A stretch of 64,000 nt of DNA from a virus (IMGVR_UViG_3300005805_000063:1-64000), one strand, 5' to 3'. Shown: positions 47,170 through 57,682, numbered from the stretch's first letter. Numbers and translations are program-made. The notes: generated from the letters alone by a model not told the origin.

Positions 47170-47901
47170 TTATTGTTGCGCAGCACTTTCTTGCATGGCT
47201 ATCGGAGTCCTTGCGGATTCGATATTTTCTAAGAAGAGAGACCTGCACACATTGGCGATTTGATAGTATATATTATTACGAGTTGTTCCGGTGTTGAATT
47301 CCAAGTAACTCGGTGTAAACACTGAGGGAGATGTCAATGCAACCGATACAGGCTGCTTGACATAATCCACAAAAGCATTTGCCGTTGAACCCAGAGACAC
47401 AACATCTACAACTGAAGAATCAAACAAGATTTTAATCTTGATGTTCTGAGATGCGCCTGACGGCTCGGAGTAAATCTCATAATAAAACCTACGGAAGTTC
47501 GGTTTACCGTATGCGCTTCTGTTACGAAATCCTTTTTGACCAGATTTCATCCTTTCGGGCCAGAATTCATAGATAGTCGAACTATCAGAGGCACTATACT
47601 TTTTATACCTACCAATGTTTTGCTTGAACCTAACCTTGATTTTGAGGCTTAAGAGATGCCGGAAATCTCCCGGCATCTCTATCACCCCATTTGAATCAAT
47701 CGTAAGACCGGTATTGGGTACAATGAATGACGCGAGGTCTTCACTGTCTTTTACAATAAGGTCAATACGCAGGTAGTTACTGTCAATATACTGGGATATC
47801 GCTTTATTATAAAAGTAGTTGAAGTCAGTGGGAGTAAAAGTCGGAGACTCGTACTTGTCCAGTTCCCTCAAAATATCACGATATGCGTCCAGTGGTGTCA
47901 T
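47170..47901 (-). CDS. Tail ring protein
   Basis: 243 aa. ELDKYESPTFTPTDFNYFYNKAISQY N-terminus typical of crAss-like ring/adaptor proteins. Confidence 0.65.
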   Translation of the reverse strand: MTPLDAYRDILRELDKYESPTFTPTDFNYFYNKAISQYIDSNYLRIDLIVKDSEDLASFIVPNTGLTIDSNGVIEMPGDFRHLLSLKIKVRFKQNIGRYKKYSASDSSTIYEFWPERMKSGQKGFRNRSAYGKPNFRRFYYEIYSEPSGASQNIKIKILFDSSVVDVVSLGSTANAFVDYVKQPVSVALTSPSVFTPSYLEFNTGTTRNNIYYQIANVCRSLFLENIESARTPIAMQESAAQQ

Positions 47902-48722
47902 CAGTCAACCTTGGTTTTGGTTTTCTCAGCCAGCATTGCCTTCATAGCCCGTACGCGCTCGGCGTTTTCCGGGTTAATCAGGTAATTAACAACCATTTCT
48001 TCGTTGTGACCAAGGGTCACGCCGTCCTTACCTCCAAAATAGAACACCCCGTCACGTTCCCGTTCAATTACTTTCCATTTGACGATATCTTTTACAAAGA
48101 CTGAAGCATTGACTTTTGCTTTATTGGCAGGGTCAATCACTGCAAGAACCGCTTCAGGATTGGTATTTGATTTACTCAACAACCAATCAAGAATCTGTTC
48201 AGGTGAGAAACTAGCAGCACCTTCCAGTCCCAACGCTTTTGCTATGCGCACTTGGTCTTGCTGAGAAAGCTTCCGCACAGCAGGCCGTGCTTCATCAATC
48301 TTTGCTGATTTATCAATGCGCTCTTTTGCTTCTTTACGTTCATTGGCAACATAGAAGACCTTATCCCTGTTTCCGGCACCAAGCGATTTGTCAAGTGCAA
48401 TGTAGGGATGGTTTTTAAGCCACTTCCAAATTGCAGCATCGTAAGGGTCAGACAGGTTAAGGGTTTTTCCTTCTTCAATAACCACTTTGGTTTCATGGTC
48501 AAAGATGAAAGGAAGCTTCCGTTTATCTTCTTCAGTCAAAAGTTCATAATATCCAAACGGGCCTTGTCCAGTCCACAGCTTTCCAGACTTGTCCTGTAGA
48601 GGGCGGCAAGTCACAGCCTGCTGGGTACGGGGACGAAAGGCACAAAAAGTAATTACACCGGTATCTTCTGTCGTTGACAGGGTTTTTTGGAGTTCGGTTT
48701 CCATGGTTGTTATGCTTTGCAT
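47901..48722 (-). CDS. Conserved crAss-like protein downstream of the major capsid gene
   Basis: 273 aa. LNLSDPYDAAIWKWLKNHPYIA and LINPEN motifs; conserved position after the MCP. Confidence 0.6.
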   Translation of the reverse strand: MQSITTMETELQKTLSTTEDTGVITFCAFRPRTQQAVTCRPLQDKSGKLWTGQGPFGYYELLTEEDKRKLPFIFDHETKVVIEEGKTLNLSDPYDAAIWKWLKNHPYIALDKSLGAGNRDKVFYVANERKEAKERIDKSAKIDEARPAVRKLSQQDQVRIAKALGLEGAASFSPEQILDWLLSKSNTNPEAVLAVIDPANKAKVNASVFVKDIVKWKVIERERDGVFYFGGKDGVTLGHNEEMVVNYLINPENAERVRAMKAMLAEKTKTKVD

Positions 48723-48736
48723 AGGTTAGTTAAAAA

Positions 48737-50197
48737 TTAATACACTTTCTTCTCGAGCATCATCGAAGAGTACGGGTTGTGGAGAACCACGCCCATGCTT
48801 CCGATAATGGTCTTTGAAGAACCATCCAGCGTAGAGCTTGCCATGCCGGAAGTCTTTCCGTCTTCGCCACCGATACCCGCTACGAGTCCAGTGATGAAGG
48901 AACGACCGTCTTTAGCAATCAATTGGATGTTCTTTACACCATCATAGGTAGACATGTCGATGAACAGGAACTTGCTGGACTCAAGCGGCTTACCGTTGCT
49001 GTCCTTAACGGACGGGTTAGCCGGGTGGTCAAACACACCGTTTACGTTCACAACAATGGTGTTACCCTGGAAGGTGTAAGCATTGTACTCAGCACCCAGT
49101 TGCAGTTTGCCATTCTTGGTCTGCACGTAGGTGTTGGGCTGCAGCTGCCAGCCTGCCTTATGCTCAGCGCGCATGATGCGACCGAATTCCTTGTAGCCTT
49201 CACGACCAGTGGTCATGAGCCAAGTGTTTCCGGTAGGCTTCGGAGCACGGAGAGAGAGGTCAGACATTGCATCCTCGAGCAGGCCGATGGTCAGCGTGCT
49301 GTAGGTTTGCTTTTGGCTGTCTGCAATCTGAGCAATAAGACCGTCACCCTTAACAATGTCTTGGCCAGTCTTAGGGTCTTGCAGGAAGCAACGACCATTA
49401 GCATCCATCGTGGTACGACCATAGATGAGTTCCATTTCCTTGTTCAGGTGGAACTGCTCCATAGCAGCACGGAAGAGTTCATCGGTCACATAGTTCAGCT
49501 TAACAGCCTTACCGTTGTGAGCAACAACGTCTTCGATGAGATACTTGGTGGCAGCAGCATCGGCAGACCAAGTCCAGTCGTAACGGACTTTGGTCAGATA
49601 GTTGACATGCTCCTCGTATGCCTGAGTGGTAGCCAGATAGCCACGGTCAGACATTTCAGGGAATGCTTTACCGGCAGGGCCAGAATCACGGCCGGCAAAC
49701 ATCAGTTCATTGTTTACAGATTCACTGATGTTATTGGTGTTCAAACGAACAGTGTATTCCCACTTACCTTCACCAATAAATACAGGACCAGCTGTTACAA
49801 AGAGAAGGCTGTTGTCCTCAAGTTTGATGATGTCATAAGGGTTGTAATAAGCACTGTTGAAAGCAACAATAAACTCAGCTCCGTTTACACCACTGGTTCC
49901 TGAGCCAAGAACACCGCCGGTATTGCGGTCTGCAAACTTAACGCGAGGGACCTGATGACCACGGATCCTCCACTTGTACTGCTTTTCATTGATACCTACA
50001 AAGCTGTCAGACTGAGCCTTGATGTCATAGATTTCCCCGAGACCTTCGGTGAGGAAGGAAATGGAGTGCTGAGGGAAAAGACGGATGGTCTTTGCCGCCA
50101 GGTTAGGAGCAACCGCGAACAGCTTCTCGAGCTCACGCATGGTGGCCGTGTTGCGAGTGTTCAGCAGGTTATTGGAAATTCTCGATACGATTCTCAT
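48737..50197 (-). CDS. Major capsid protein (crAss-like, HK97 fold)
   Basis: 486 aa. YKWRIRG, FPEMSDRG, NYLTKVRYDW, ELIYGR and GDGLIAQI motifs; strong codon bias; follows the portal and scaffold genes. Confidence 0.9.
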   Translation of the reverse strand: MRIVSRISNNLLNTRNTATMRELEKLFAVAPNLAAKTIRLFPQHSISFLTEGLGEIYDIKAQSDSFVGINEKQYKWRIRGHQVPRVKFADRNTGGVLGSGTSGVNGAEFIVAFNSAYYNPYDIIKLEDNSLLFVTAGPVFIGEGKWEYTVRLNTNNISESVNNELMFAGRDSGPAGKAFPEMSDRGYLATTQAYEEHVNYLTKVRYDWTWSADAAATKYLIEDVVAHNGKAVKLNYVTDELFRAAMEQFHLNKEMELIYGRTTMDANGRCFLQDPKTGQDIVKGDGLIAQIADSQKQTYSTLTIGLLEDAMSDLSLRAPKPTGNTWLMTTGREGYKEFGRIMRAEHKAGWQLQPNTYVQTKNGKLQLGAEYNAYTFQGNTIVVNVNGVFDHPANPSVKDSNGKPLESSKFLFIDMSTYDGVKNIQLIAKDGRSFITGLVAGIGGEDGKTSGMASSTLDGSSKTIIGSMGVVLHNPYSSMMLEKKVY

Positions 50198-50225
50198 TTT
50201 TTTTGTTTGTTAAAAATTAAAAAAA

Positions 50226-51299
50226 TCAGAACCTGTTCAATACAGTCGGGTCAAACGGGTCGATATCAACACCACGTCCACTGCTCGATTGCAACTTCTC
50301 TGGAGTGTCAAATATCTTATCCATTACCCGACTTCTTGCACGGTTCTTTTGGATAGAAGCACTGTTTTGAATCATGTCCTTCATAAAGGCAACTCCGAGT
50401 GCTGCGAGTACGACCCCTTCGTCACTTTGCAACGCGTGGTCAAGCGCAGTAAACCCTTCATTGTCTCTAACAGTAGTGATTTGAAAGATGGCTTCCTTCA
50501 TCTTATCATTTAGCGGTACACCATACACTTGGTTGATATTGCCTAGATATTGGCCGTATCTCTGCAACTCTTCCTGCTCACGCACAGCCCTTTCTTCCTG
50601 TTCTCTCTTCGCCATCTCTGCTTTCTGTTGCTCTTGGATACCTTGCTCCTCTTGCAACTGCTCGCGTAGCGATTTGATAAAAGGTTCGAACTGTCCGTTC
50701 TGCTTAAGCGAATCCACCATCGACTGAATTGCCGTTTCAGACGATTTTGGAAATCGCTTCTTAAAGTCTGATACAGCAAGGTCATTATCATCCATCCCTT
50801 CGGGGGATGATGCAAACCCGTTGTACAGGTCTTTAAGGGATTTACCCTCCTGTTTGGCTCGCAGGACTTCCTGTATTTCAGGGTCCTGTAACATCGCTTC
50901 AATTTCCTGATACTCGGAAAGTTTTGCATTCACACCTTCGGTCATCCTTTGGATGATTCCTTCAAGGGCTTCAGCCTCCTGTTCCTTTGTCAGTTCATTG
51001 ATTCCCTCAAGATTCAGACCAAACTCAAACTTCTCATCCAAGTAGTGAAGTACACTTGGATATTCAGTCTGCTTTTCTTCAGTCTGTTCTTCCTGTTGCT
51101 CATCGGTATCCATATTTGCAGGCTCACCGATTGCATTGGGATTCTGTTTTTTAGGAACCTCTTGTTGAGATTCCTGCTTCTTCTCTTCTGCCGGTTGATT
51201 TCCCAGCAACTCATTCAACTGCTCTTCCGAATCAATCGTCGGAATCGATGACAAGATGTCCGCTCCTTGAGCCAATCCGTCTTCCTGTACTAATTCCAT
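50226..51299 (-). CDS. Acidic coiled-coil protein, probable capsid scaffolding protein
   Basis: 357 aa, very E/Q-rich, located between portal and MCP. Confidence 0.6.
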   Translation of the reverse strand: MELVQEDGLAQGADILSSIPTIDSEEQLNELLGNQPAEEKKQESQQEVPKKQNPNAIGEPANMDTDEQQEEQTEEKQTEYPSVLHYLDEKFEFGLNLEGINELTKEQEAEALEGIIQRMTEGVNAKLSEYQEIEAMLQDPEIQEVLRAKQEGKSLKDLYNGFASSPEGMDDNDLAVSDFKKRFPKSSETAIQSMVDSLKQNGQFEPFIKSLREQLQEEQGIQEQQKAEMAKREQEERAVREQEELQRYGQYLGNINQVYGVPLNDKMKEAIFQITTVRDNEGFTALDHALQSDEGVVLAALGVAFMKDMIQNSASIQKNRARSRVMDKIFDTPEKLQSSSGRGVDIDPFDPTVLNRF

Positions 51300-51311
51300 G
51301 TCTTTGACATT

Positions 51312-53582
51312 TTATTTATTCTTGATTTCTGCAGACTTGACGGCATTTTGCCTTGCATATACCTCAAGCTGCTTTGCTTCCAGTTCAACTCTCTTTTTCT
51401 CCAAATCAAGTTTGGATACATCAACTTCCTTCTTTTGCGCCAGTGCCTGCTGCTCAATCTCCAGTTCGCGCTGGTTCTTGGCAATGTTTGCCTGAATCTC
51501 AGCAGACTGTGCTTTAAGCTTCTGTATTTCAGCTTCGCCCTTGGCCTGTGCCAGCTGAGCCTGAAGCTGTTGCATCTGCTCCTGCTGTTCCTGCATCTGT
51601 GCGCGCCGATTGACAACTGACACTTCAATGTCACGGATGATTTCAGCAAGACCTGTTTTCTTGAACAACGGCAGCGCATCTTCAATCTGAAGCATGCCCT
51701 GCTTGATAAGTTCTGCAGACATTGCCTTCAGTTCTGCAACAGAACGACGGTCAGAAGACTTATTGGTGATATGAATTCCCCAATCGGCAAAGGGGAAGTT
51801 CCCTTCGTCCAGTTTAAAAATCTGTTGCTGACGTTTTGCATCAGTATAATGTCCAACCAGCCCATTCTTGTAAGCAACGCGGGCAGCATTTGCAAGATCT
51901 GTCAGCGCACGCTCAACAAACTCATCATGTTCATTGAACAGATACTCAGTAACCATTGAAGAATTCTGAATAGCCTGCTGCATTGTCGCTTTTCCATCAA
52001 AGTACTGGGTGGCCCCAAGCTGTTGACGATTGACACCCACAATTCGACCGGCAACGTCTTCAATGTGCTGAATCATTGAAAGAATTGCTTGGAGCCCCGC
52101 ACCCAGTGTTTCATCATAGGACGGAAACTGGTTGAATGTACGGTCAGCCCCTTCTTTTGCACGGTCAATAAAGGCAGTACCCAGCTTCTTGTAGTACATG
52201 AACATCTTAATATTGTCAGCAGGGTTGCCAGTCTTAAAGTCAGGCAGCTGTGACAGGTCCATATAAGAACCCCTAACGCCCGATAGGGCAATCAGGTTCT
52301 CTTTATGGAAGTGCAGGACGTCGTACAGGTCCTGGAGGTCTTTGGTTTCACCAATAAGTGAATAGGGCTTTACTTTCCCATTGAAAGTCAGGCCGTTAAA
52401 GGACAGATATACCTTGCTAGGCTCAGACATTGACCGTACGGGATGCTGAACCTTGCCAAGGTCAATATAAATATCATCGGCTACCCGGACGCCGGACCAC
52501 AAATCCTGTATATAGCCCGTTTGAACGAACTTTTTTCGGCTACTGGGGAGCTGCTTAAGAACCTCGTTACTCAAAATCTTGATAAACGGGGCGTCTTCAG
52601 CGTGCTTATTCTCGTTTTTCAGGTAGTGGATTTTGCGAATTGACTTCCATTCCACATAATAAACCGCCAATTTGTGGTTTACTGCGGCATTTACAAAAGC
52701 CTTTGACTGGTCATTCAGCAGGTTATCCGCCTCAGAGGGGTTGTTCAGACGATAGAAGGCGTTTTTGTGATACATGTTCAACCATGTCTCAATCTTCTTG
52801 ACGTCATCCTCCTTCATCCGCTCACCAAAGGTGTCGATGATTTCGGTAGGGGTCATCAGGCGTACGCGCACGCACCAGTCGCACTCGTTCACCCACTTGA
52901 CCTGATTGTCTGCATAGAACAGCTCATCCCCCTTCACCACCTCATACCGGGGGTCCTCACCAATACGATTGACATGGACCCTGTAATACTCGCGGCCAAC
53001 AATCATCTTGTCCAGAAAGTTCTCAGAAAACTTACGGTCAAGACGATGCTTGAGCATATACTGATGCAGGAAGTGCTGCACTCCAATTTCAGACTCGCTC
53101 TTGTACTCCTGACGATAGTAACGCTCAAGACGCTCCATCGCCTTATCCACATCCTCACCTGACTTAATCACTTCCGTGATTTCACTCAACAATTGAGAAG
53201 ATACATTGCGGATCTTCTCTTCAGTTGATTCGTTATCTTCAGAATGTGCAGAGAATTCAAACTGACGCTCTTCAGCTTCAGACAGAATACGGTTAATAAG
53301 CGGACGTGTGAGCGGAATGTGCTTTATCTTTCCCGCAGGGAATTCAATTCCATACGTGCGGGTCAAATGTTCAAATTGTTCTTCTGAACGAACTCCATTA
53401 TAAAGATTATAGAATTCGTCAGACTTCGTACGCCACCACATTGGTGACATTGAAATACACCAGTCTACGTTTTCAGAAGCCCACTCCTCATTTTTCTGCG
53501 ACTCTGGTACATTCTGCTTGGGTTTGAACCCGTATGAGAATGACCGAGGTGAAGAAACCGGTTGGGTAAATTGACCATTCAT
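51312..53582 (-). CDS. Portal protein (crAss-like)
   Basis: 756 aa. KIKHIPLTRPLINRILSE, YVEWKS, IQDLWSGVRV, GRIVGVNRQQLG and TEYLFNEH motifs; follows TerL. Confidence 0.9.
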   Translation of the reverse strand: MNGQFTQPVSSPRSFSYGFKPKQNVPESQKNEEWASENVDWCISMSPMWWRTKSDEFYNLYNGVRSEEQFEHLTRTYGIEFPAGKIKHIPLTRPLINRILSEAEERQFEFSAHSEDNESTEEKIRNVSSQLLSEITEVIKSGEDVDKAMERLERYYRQEYKSESEIGVQHFLHQYMLKHRLDRKFSENFLDKMIVGREYYRVHVNRIGEDPRYEVVKGDELFYADNQVKWVNECDWCVRVRLMTPTEIIDTFGERMKEDDVKKIETWLNMYHKNAFYRLNNPSEADNLLNDQSKAFVNAAVNHKLAVYYVEWKSIRKIHYLKNENKHAEDAPFIKILSNEVLKQLPSSRKKFVQTGYIQDLWSGVRVADDIYIDLGKVQHPVRSMSEPSKVYLSFNGLTFNGKVKPYSLIGETKDLQDLYDVLHFHKENLIALSGVRGSYMDLSQLPDFKTGNPADNIKMFMYYKKLGTAFIDRAKEGADRTFNQFPSYDETLGAGLQAILSMIQHIEDVAGRIVGVNRQQLGATQYFDGKATMQQAIQNSSMVTEYLFNEHDEFVERALTDLANAARVAYKNGLVGHYTDAKRQQQIFKLDEGNFPFADWGIHITNKSSDRRSVAELKAMSAELIKQGMLQIEDALPLFKKTGLAEIIRDIEVSVVNRRAQMQEQQEQMQQLQAQLAQAKGEAEIQKLKAQSAEIQANIAKNQRELEIEQQALAQKKEVDVSKLDLEKKRVELEAKQLEVYARQNAVKSAEIKNK

Positions 53583-53611
53583 ATCTCGAAGTTAGGCAAA
53601 TGTAAACATTT

Positions 53612-55570
53612 TTAATTAAATACAAGATTTCCTTTGGAATCTCGAATAAATTTCGGAAAGTGAACTGAGCTTGATTCTGCCGCTTTTGCAGCAATTTTAA
53701 ACATATCATCATCTGCAACAATTGTTATTGCAGCAGCCATTGTCTCGTCATATTGATTCTTATCTCTTCCTTCAAATGTAAATCCAAGCATGTCCCTGAT
53801 AAGGGAGGTGAAGAATATCTGGTCTGCATCCGTGCGCACGTATGAAACCAATCGCGATATCACGTGTCTTTTTACCTCGGACGGCATTGAAATTCCATAT
53901 CTGTTAGTAGTAAGACTTTCCTTCACCACTGTTGAATCCAATCTTGGACGACGATGAAGCATGTACTCAAACCCGTTTGTGATATAATGTTGAAGGATAC
54001 CTGTCTTGGTATACTCAACCAGTATCTTCGAGTTATAGTACATGTTGAGTTTAATCGTGTTCCAATAGAAATCAGTTGCGTCATCAGTACGCTCAACAAG
54101 CTTTGCAACAAATACCCTTGAGGTCTCGCTTGCATTGAAGAATCGCTTGTATACAATATTAGCCCCGCGCGATTTGCGATTCTTCCTTTCTGACTCACTC
54201 ATCTTACGGTCATCCTCTGCAACAGCATCAAAGGAGTCACATCCTGAAACATACAGATGATTCACCCTGCCGTGTTTCCAGTCTTTGCGTGACCATGCCG
54301 GATGCTCCAATATTTCAAACACTCCTTCCGGGTCCTGCTCCCAGCGTACACCTGTTATCTTACTTCCATCACGTTCCCATTCAAGATTCCCACGCTGCAC
54401 CATGTTCTTGATTGCAGGGTTCCTCTCTATCTCGGAATATCTGCGTTCCAATATATCAACCGGAAACACACCATGACCTGATACCTGAAATGCCTCATCC
54501 GGGTCATACGGAAACTCTGAAGACAATTGCCTGTATAGTTCGGCATTTGCCTTTACACGTTCACGCTGACGGTCAAGGTCAGCCTTTGCACCTTCCACAT
54601 CAGACACTCCGGACTTCTCATAGAACCCAGTGTACTTTGCATACGAAGGAATGAACTTACCTATCTTCCGCTCCTTATACTCATAAGCACGCAAGCCATA
54701 CTCCTCAGGATTGTTGAACATCACCTTTGCATCGGTTGATCCTCCCGAATCCATTTCACCACCCGTTCCGATAAACATGGCAAATGTCATCTTGATTGAA
54801 CCCCGTCTCCAGGAAGGCTGTGTCTTTTTAAAGCATTCAATCAATGAAGCCGCACCTGTCCATGAACCCACCTCTTCAAATATATGTATGTTCGGACGTG
54901 TACCCCGTGTCTTACCTGCATCAGAATCGTATACCACTTTGCGTATCATTGATGCAGAGTCCATATTCACAAAGCGATTGGTCTCTTCATCACGCATACT
55001 GTATCCTGACTGCTTCAGCACACTGGTATCCTTGAGCAGTGACCGGCGTATCTCTGCCGGCTGGGAGTTCAATCCCATCTCTATCTTTTCCCAAAGCAAT
55101 GCAGCAAACCTTTCTGTTGATGCACTGATGATTGATTCACTCACATCCTTGAATGTGAATTCATGCTCCACTATTGTAGAGACACTGAAAGACTTTCCAA
55201 ATCCCCGACCGGTTATCAGCATGATGCCCTCGTTTCCATTGGTGCGACACCAGTGAATATCTTCAAACAGCTGCTGGTCTTCGTAAGAATAATACGGATG
55301 CTCGACCACAACATTGTTTGTCTTGATGTCAAGCATGTTTATCTTCTTAAAATTAAGATGATAATAATACGCGGGCGTCACGGAATATCCGCCGTCCGAC
55401 CATCCTTCCAGACATCTGCGCGTCTGCTCTTCCCACCACTGAATATAATCCAGTGAATCAGGATGCAGGTTCGGCATGAACCTTCCTTCAAAAAAGGATT
55501 TTGGCAGAATACAATCAGGTTGATTGTATATTGTTATTTCAGATGATTTAGAAGTTTTCCTCATCATCAA
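53612..55570 (-). CDS. terL: Terminase large subunit
   Basis: 652 aa. Walker A TGRGFGKS, Walker B IHIFEE, FIGTGG, nuclease domain YVSGCDSFD, ILVEYT and YDETMAA. Confidence 0.93.
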   Translation of the reverse strand: MMMRKTSKSSEITIYNQPDCILPKSFFEGRFMPNLHPDSLDYIQWWEEQTRRCLEGWSDGGYSVTPAYYYHLNFKKINMLDIKTNNVVVEHPYYSYEDQQLFEDIHWCRTNGNEGIMLITGRGFGKSFSVSTIVEHEFTFKDVSESIISASTERFAALLWEKIEMGLNSQPAEIRRSLLKDTSVLKQSGYSMRDEETNRFVNMDSASMIRKVVYDSDAGKTRGTRPNIHIFEEVGSWTGAASLIECFKKTQPSWRRGSIKMTFAMFIGTGGEMDSGGSTDAKVMFNNPEEYGLRAYEYKERKIGKFIPSYAKYTGFYEKSGVSDVEGAKADLDRQRERVKANAELYRQLSSEFPYDPDEAFQVSGHGVFPVDILERRYSEIERNPAIKNMVQRGNLEWERDGSKITGVRWEQDPEGVFEILEHPAWSRKDWKHGRVNHLYVSGCDSFDAVAEDDRKMSESERKNRKSRGANIVYKRFFNASETSRVFVAKLVERTDDATDFYWNTIKLNMYYNSKILVEYTKTGILQHYITNGFEYMLHRRPRLDSTVVKESLTTNRYGISMPSEVKRHVISRLVSYVRTDADQIFFTSLIRDMLGFTFEGRDKNQYDETMAAAITIVADDDMFKIAAKAAESSSVHFPKFIRDSKGNLVFN

Positions 55571-56198
55571 TTATTTCGCGTCGCCCCGCCTCTTCCTTTG
55601 CCCTTGACGCTTTGCCCATCTCAGCTCTGCGCTTCTCCAAGAACGAAACCTGACGCTGACCTCTTACGGCTCCCGTTGAGTTCTGTTTCATGATGGAATT
55701 CTTCAGAGCCTCGCGTGCAGCATTTATCTTGGTCATGTCCTGCATCATCTTATTAAGAATCGGAAAGTTGGACACATAATCCACTCCTCCCCGAACGGCC
55801 ACCTTCTCAATCTCAATCTTGGTGTTATCAATCAGCCGGTTTATCTCATATATCTTCTTATCAAACGCCCGGACACTGGCTTGCTCGGGGGTGTCATAAG
55901 CCAACTGATACCGCACAATTGCATCTTCCAAGTACTTATCATCAAACTTACCCTTGAACTTGTGAGTATAATCTCCATACAGTTCCCGTTTGGCCAATGC
56001 CATTACCTCAGTAGGGTCGGACTTTGCAAAAGGTGCGTTTTCATCCATCTGCGCGCAGATATGGATATAAGTCAGCATCTTGATAGCCTCCACCTTATTC
56101 TTGGATTTGTCCTTCTCCCATATCTCACGCAGGGGCTCCAGCGTTATAGAAAGCGGGTCGACAATTACGCTGTGTTTTTCAAGATTGAATTTAAGCAT
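55548..56198 (-). CDS. Probable terminase small subunit
   Basis: 216 aa, helical, overlapping the TerL start; position typical of TerS. Confidence 0.5.
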   Translation of the reverse strand: MLKFNLEKHSVIVDPLSITLEPLREIWEKDKSKNKVEAIKMLTYIHICAQMDENAPFAKSDPTEVMALAKRELYGDYTHKFKGKFDDKYLEDAIVRYQLAYDTPEQASVRAFDKKIYEINRLIDNTKIEIEKVAVRGGVDYVSNFPILNKMMQDMTKINAAREALKNSIMKQNSTGAVRGQRQVSFLEKRRAEMGKASRAKEEAGRREIIDDEENF

Positions 56199-57009
56199 TG
56201 CGCTGTTTGATATGATGTTTCACCAGTTTCACCGCTTCCTTGCGCATATACTCCACGGGATACATGGCAATTGTGTCAAACGTCTCCTTATTCACATGCT
56301 CAATTGCCAAATTACCAATATTGTATCCTGTCTGCTCCAGCATCAAAGCATACAGGGATATCTGCAGACTGTATACGTAAAAATTCGCATTGGGCACAGA
56401 AGAAAGCGGTGCCAGCAAAGTCTGTGACTGAAAAGCAGTCTTACTTATTTCCTTTGAAGTCTTGTAATCCTTGATATGAACGGTCTTGCCAACCTTCATT
56501 ACCCAATCAACCTGACCGGCAATCTTCCACTCATCATTATAAATCATCAACTCCGGATACAATCCATTGTTTGAGAAATCCTGTGCAGCAAGCAGGTCTA
56601 TCCCGGACAAAACCTTCAACTCGGTCATGTCCGGGCTATAGACTATCTTCTCCTTGACGTGCTGCTCCTTCATCTTATGATACTCCGTACCCTTGGAAAG
56701 GGCCAGCTCTTTGCTGGATTCCCATTCGGCCAGTATCTCCCGCTTCTTCTCAATCACCTGACGGCGATAGGGGAAGTCCTTATCAATAGAGCGGGCAAAG
56801 ACAACAACATTCTCCCATCCGCCAGCCTTCTTCTTATACGAATCCCACTCTCCCGTATCAGAGAGAACAGCCTTCAATGCCTTATACGCAGACCAGTAGT
56901 CCGCATCAAACGGCGGCGTGTACTTCTTAATGAGGGTGGTCACCGATGTGTACACCTCTCCCGAAGTTGAGGTGTACCTGTGGGCTTCTTCATTAAACGT
57001 AACGGGCAT
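56191..57009 (-). CDS. PD-(D/E)XK exonuclease (RecB/Cas4-like fold)
   Basis: 272 aa. FNEEAHRY, SVTTLI, KGTEYH, IAGQVDWV...IKDYKT and YSLQISLYALML. Confidence 0.85.
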   Translation of the reverse strand: MPVTFNEEAHRYTSTSGEVYTSVTTLIKKYTPPFDADYWSAYKALKAVLSDTGEWDSYKKKAGGWENVVVFARSIDKDFPYRRQVIEKKREILAEWESSKELALSKGTEYHKMKEQHVKEKIVYSPDMTELKVLSGIDLLAAQDFSNNGLYPELMIYNDEWKIAGQVDWVMKVGKTVHIKDYKTSKEISKTAFQSQTLLAPLSSVPNANFYVYSLQISLYALMLEQTGYNIGNLAIEHVNKETFDTIAMYPVEYMRKEAVKLVKHHIKQRNA

Positions 57010-57012
57010 GAA

Positions 57013-57372
57013 TCAGGATAAGGTGAGCAAATAGCGGGTCTTGTTGACAGACGCACGCAGATCATCCAGCATATTCACCAGATCCGTGCGACCCTCAAGC
57101 TCCTTGCGCAGCTGTGAAATATAAGAATCAACGCCATCCAAATACTTAAATACCTGATTGACATCCTTATAATCCTCATACTTACCATCCACCTTGGGAG
57201 CTGCAACCCTTGGACCATTCATCATGTGCTTTTCCAGAAAGTCATCAGTGAAATCAGTGACCGTATCATAAAACGAACCCAGTGCCAAGTGCATGGCGTA
57301 ACCCTTGGTCTGGAGATGCCATACTTTAATCTGGTTGGCACAGAAGAACATCTTTGACAAAAACTCTTTCAT
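57013..57372 (-). CDS. Ferritin/Dps-like four-helix protein (DUF5856-type)
   Basis: 119 aa. WHLQTKGYAMHLALGSFYD...NKTRYLLTLS pattern. Confidence 0.7.
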   Translation of the reverse strand: MKEFLSKMFFCANQIKVWHLQTKGYAMHLALGSFYDTVTDFTDDFLEKHMMNGPRVAAPKVDGKYEDYKDVNQVFKYLDGVDSYISQLRKELEGRTDLVNMLDDLRASVNKTRYLLTLS

Positions 57373-57448
57373 CTTACTTGTTATTTAAGTTTACTTCAAA
57401 ACTACATTATCAGGAACAATATTTCCTAAACCTGTCTGATAGCAGGCC

Positions 57449-57682
57449 TTAATCGTAATTTCCGGGAAATCGATAAACCCACCCACTATATTTATCTGCC
57501 GCTCGCGAGTCAGTTGAAGATACTCTTGGGTGGAGACCGTCCACTTTTTTATCCCGGTTGCTTTCGACCTTTTCCTTATTTTCATCTTCAGTATTTCCGT
57601 GCTCATTTTCAATTTGGATTAACAGTTCAACATATTCCTTCATCCTTCTAAGGAAGGCCAATCGTCTTGCATCATAACTCAT
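57449..57682 (-). CDS. Hypothetical protein
   Basis: ATG at 57682 overlaps the upstream stop, giving 77 aa (MSYDARRLAFLRR...). An overlapping frame at 57391..57612 is an alternative. Confidence 0.35.
   Translation of the reverse strand: MSYDARRLAFLRRMKEYVELLIQIENEHGNTEDENKEKVESNRDKKVDGLHPRVSSTDSRAADKYSGWVYRFPGNYD

Noticed and set aside
48923-49903. 326-aa plus-strand ORF
   Set aside because: Antisense shadow of the strongly codon-biased major capsid gene; no recognisable motifs.
53612-55570. Intein or group I intron in terminase, capsid or helicase
   Set aside because: Sizes are normal, frames are uninterrupted, and no intein splice-junction or homing endonuclease motifs were seen. The vRNAP insert also lacks C/S...HN intein ends.
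56191-57009. Cas4 / CRISPR adaptation gene
   Set aside because: Lacks the four-Cys Fe-S pattern and any cas context; an ordinary phage PD-(D/E)XK exonuclease.
57391-57612. 73-aa alternative ORF
   Set aside because: Overlaps a frame (57449..57682) with a better-coupled start. Not excluded, but not supported.
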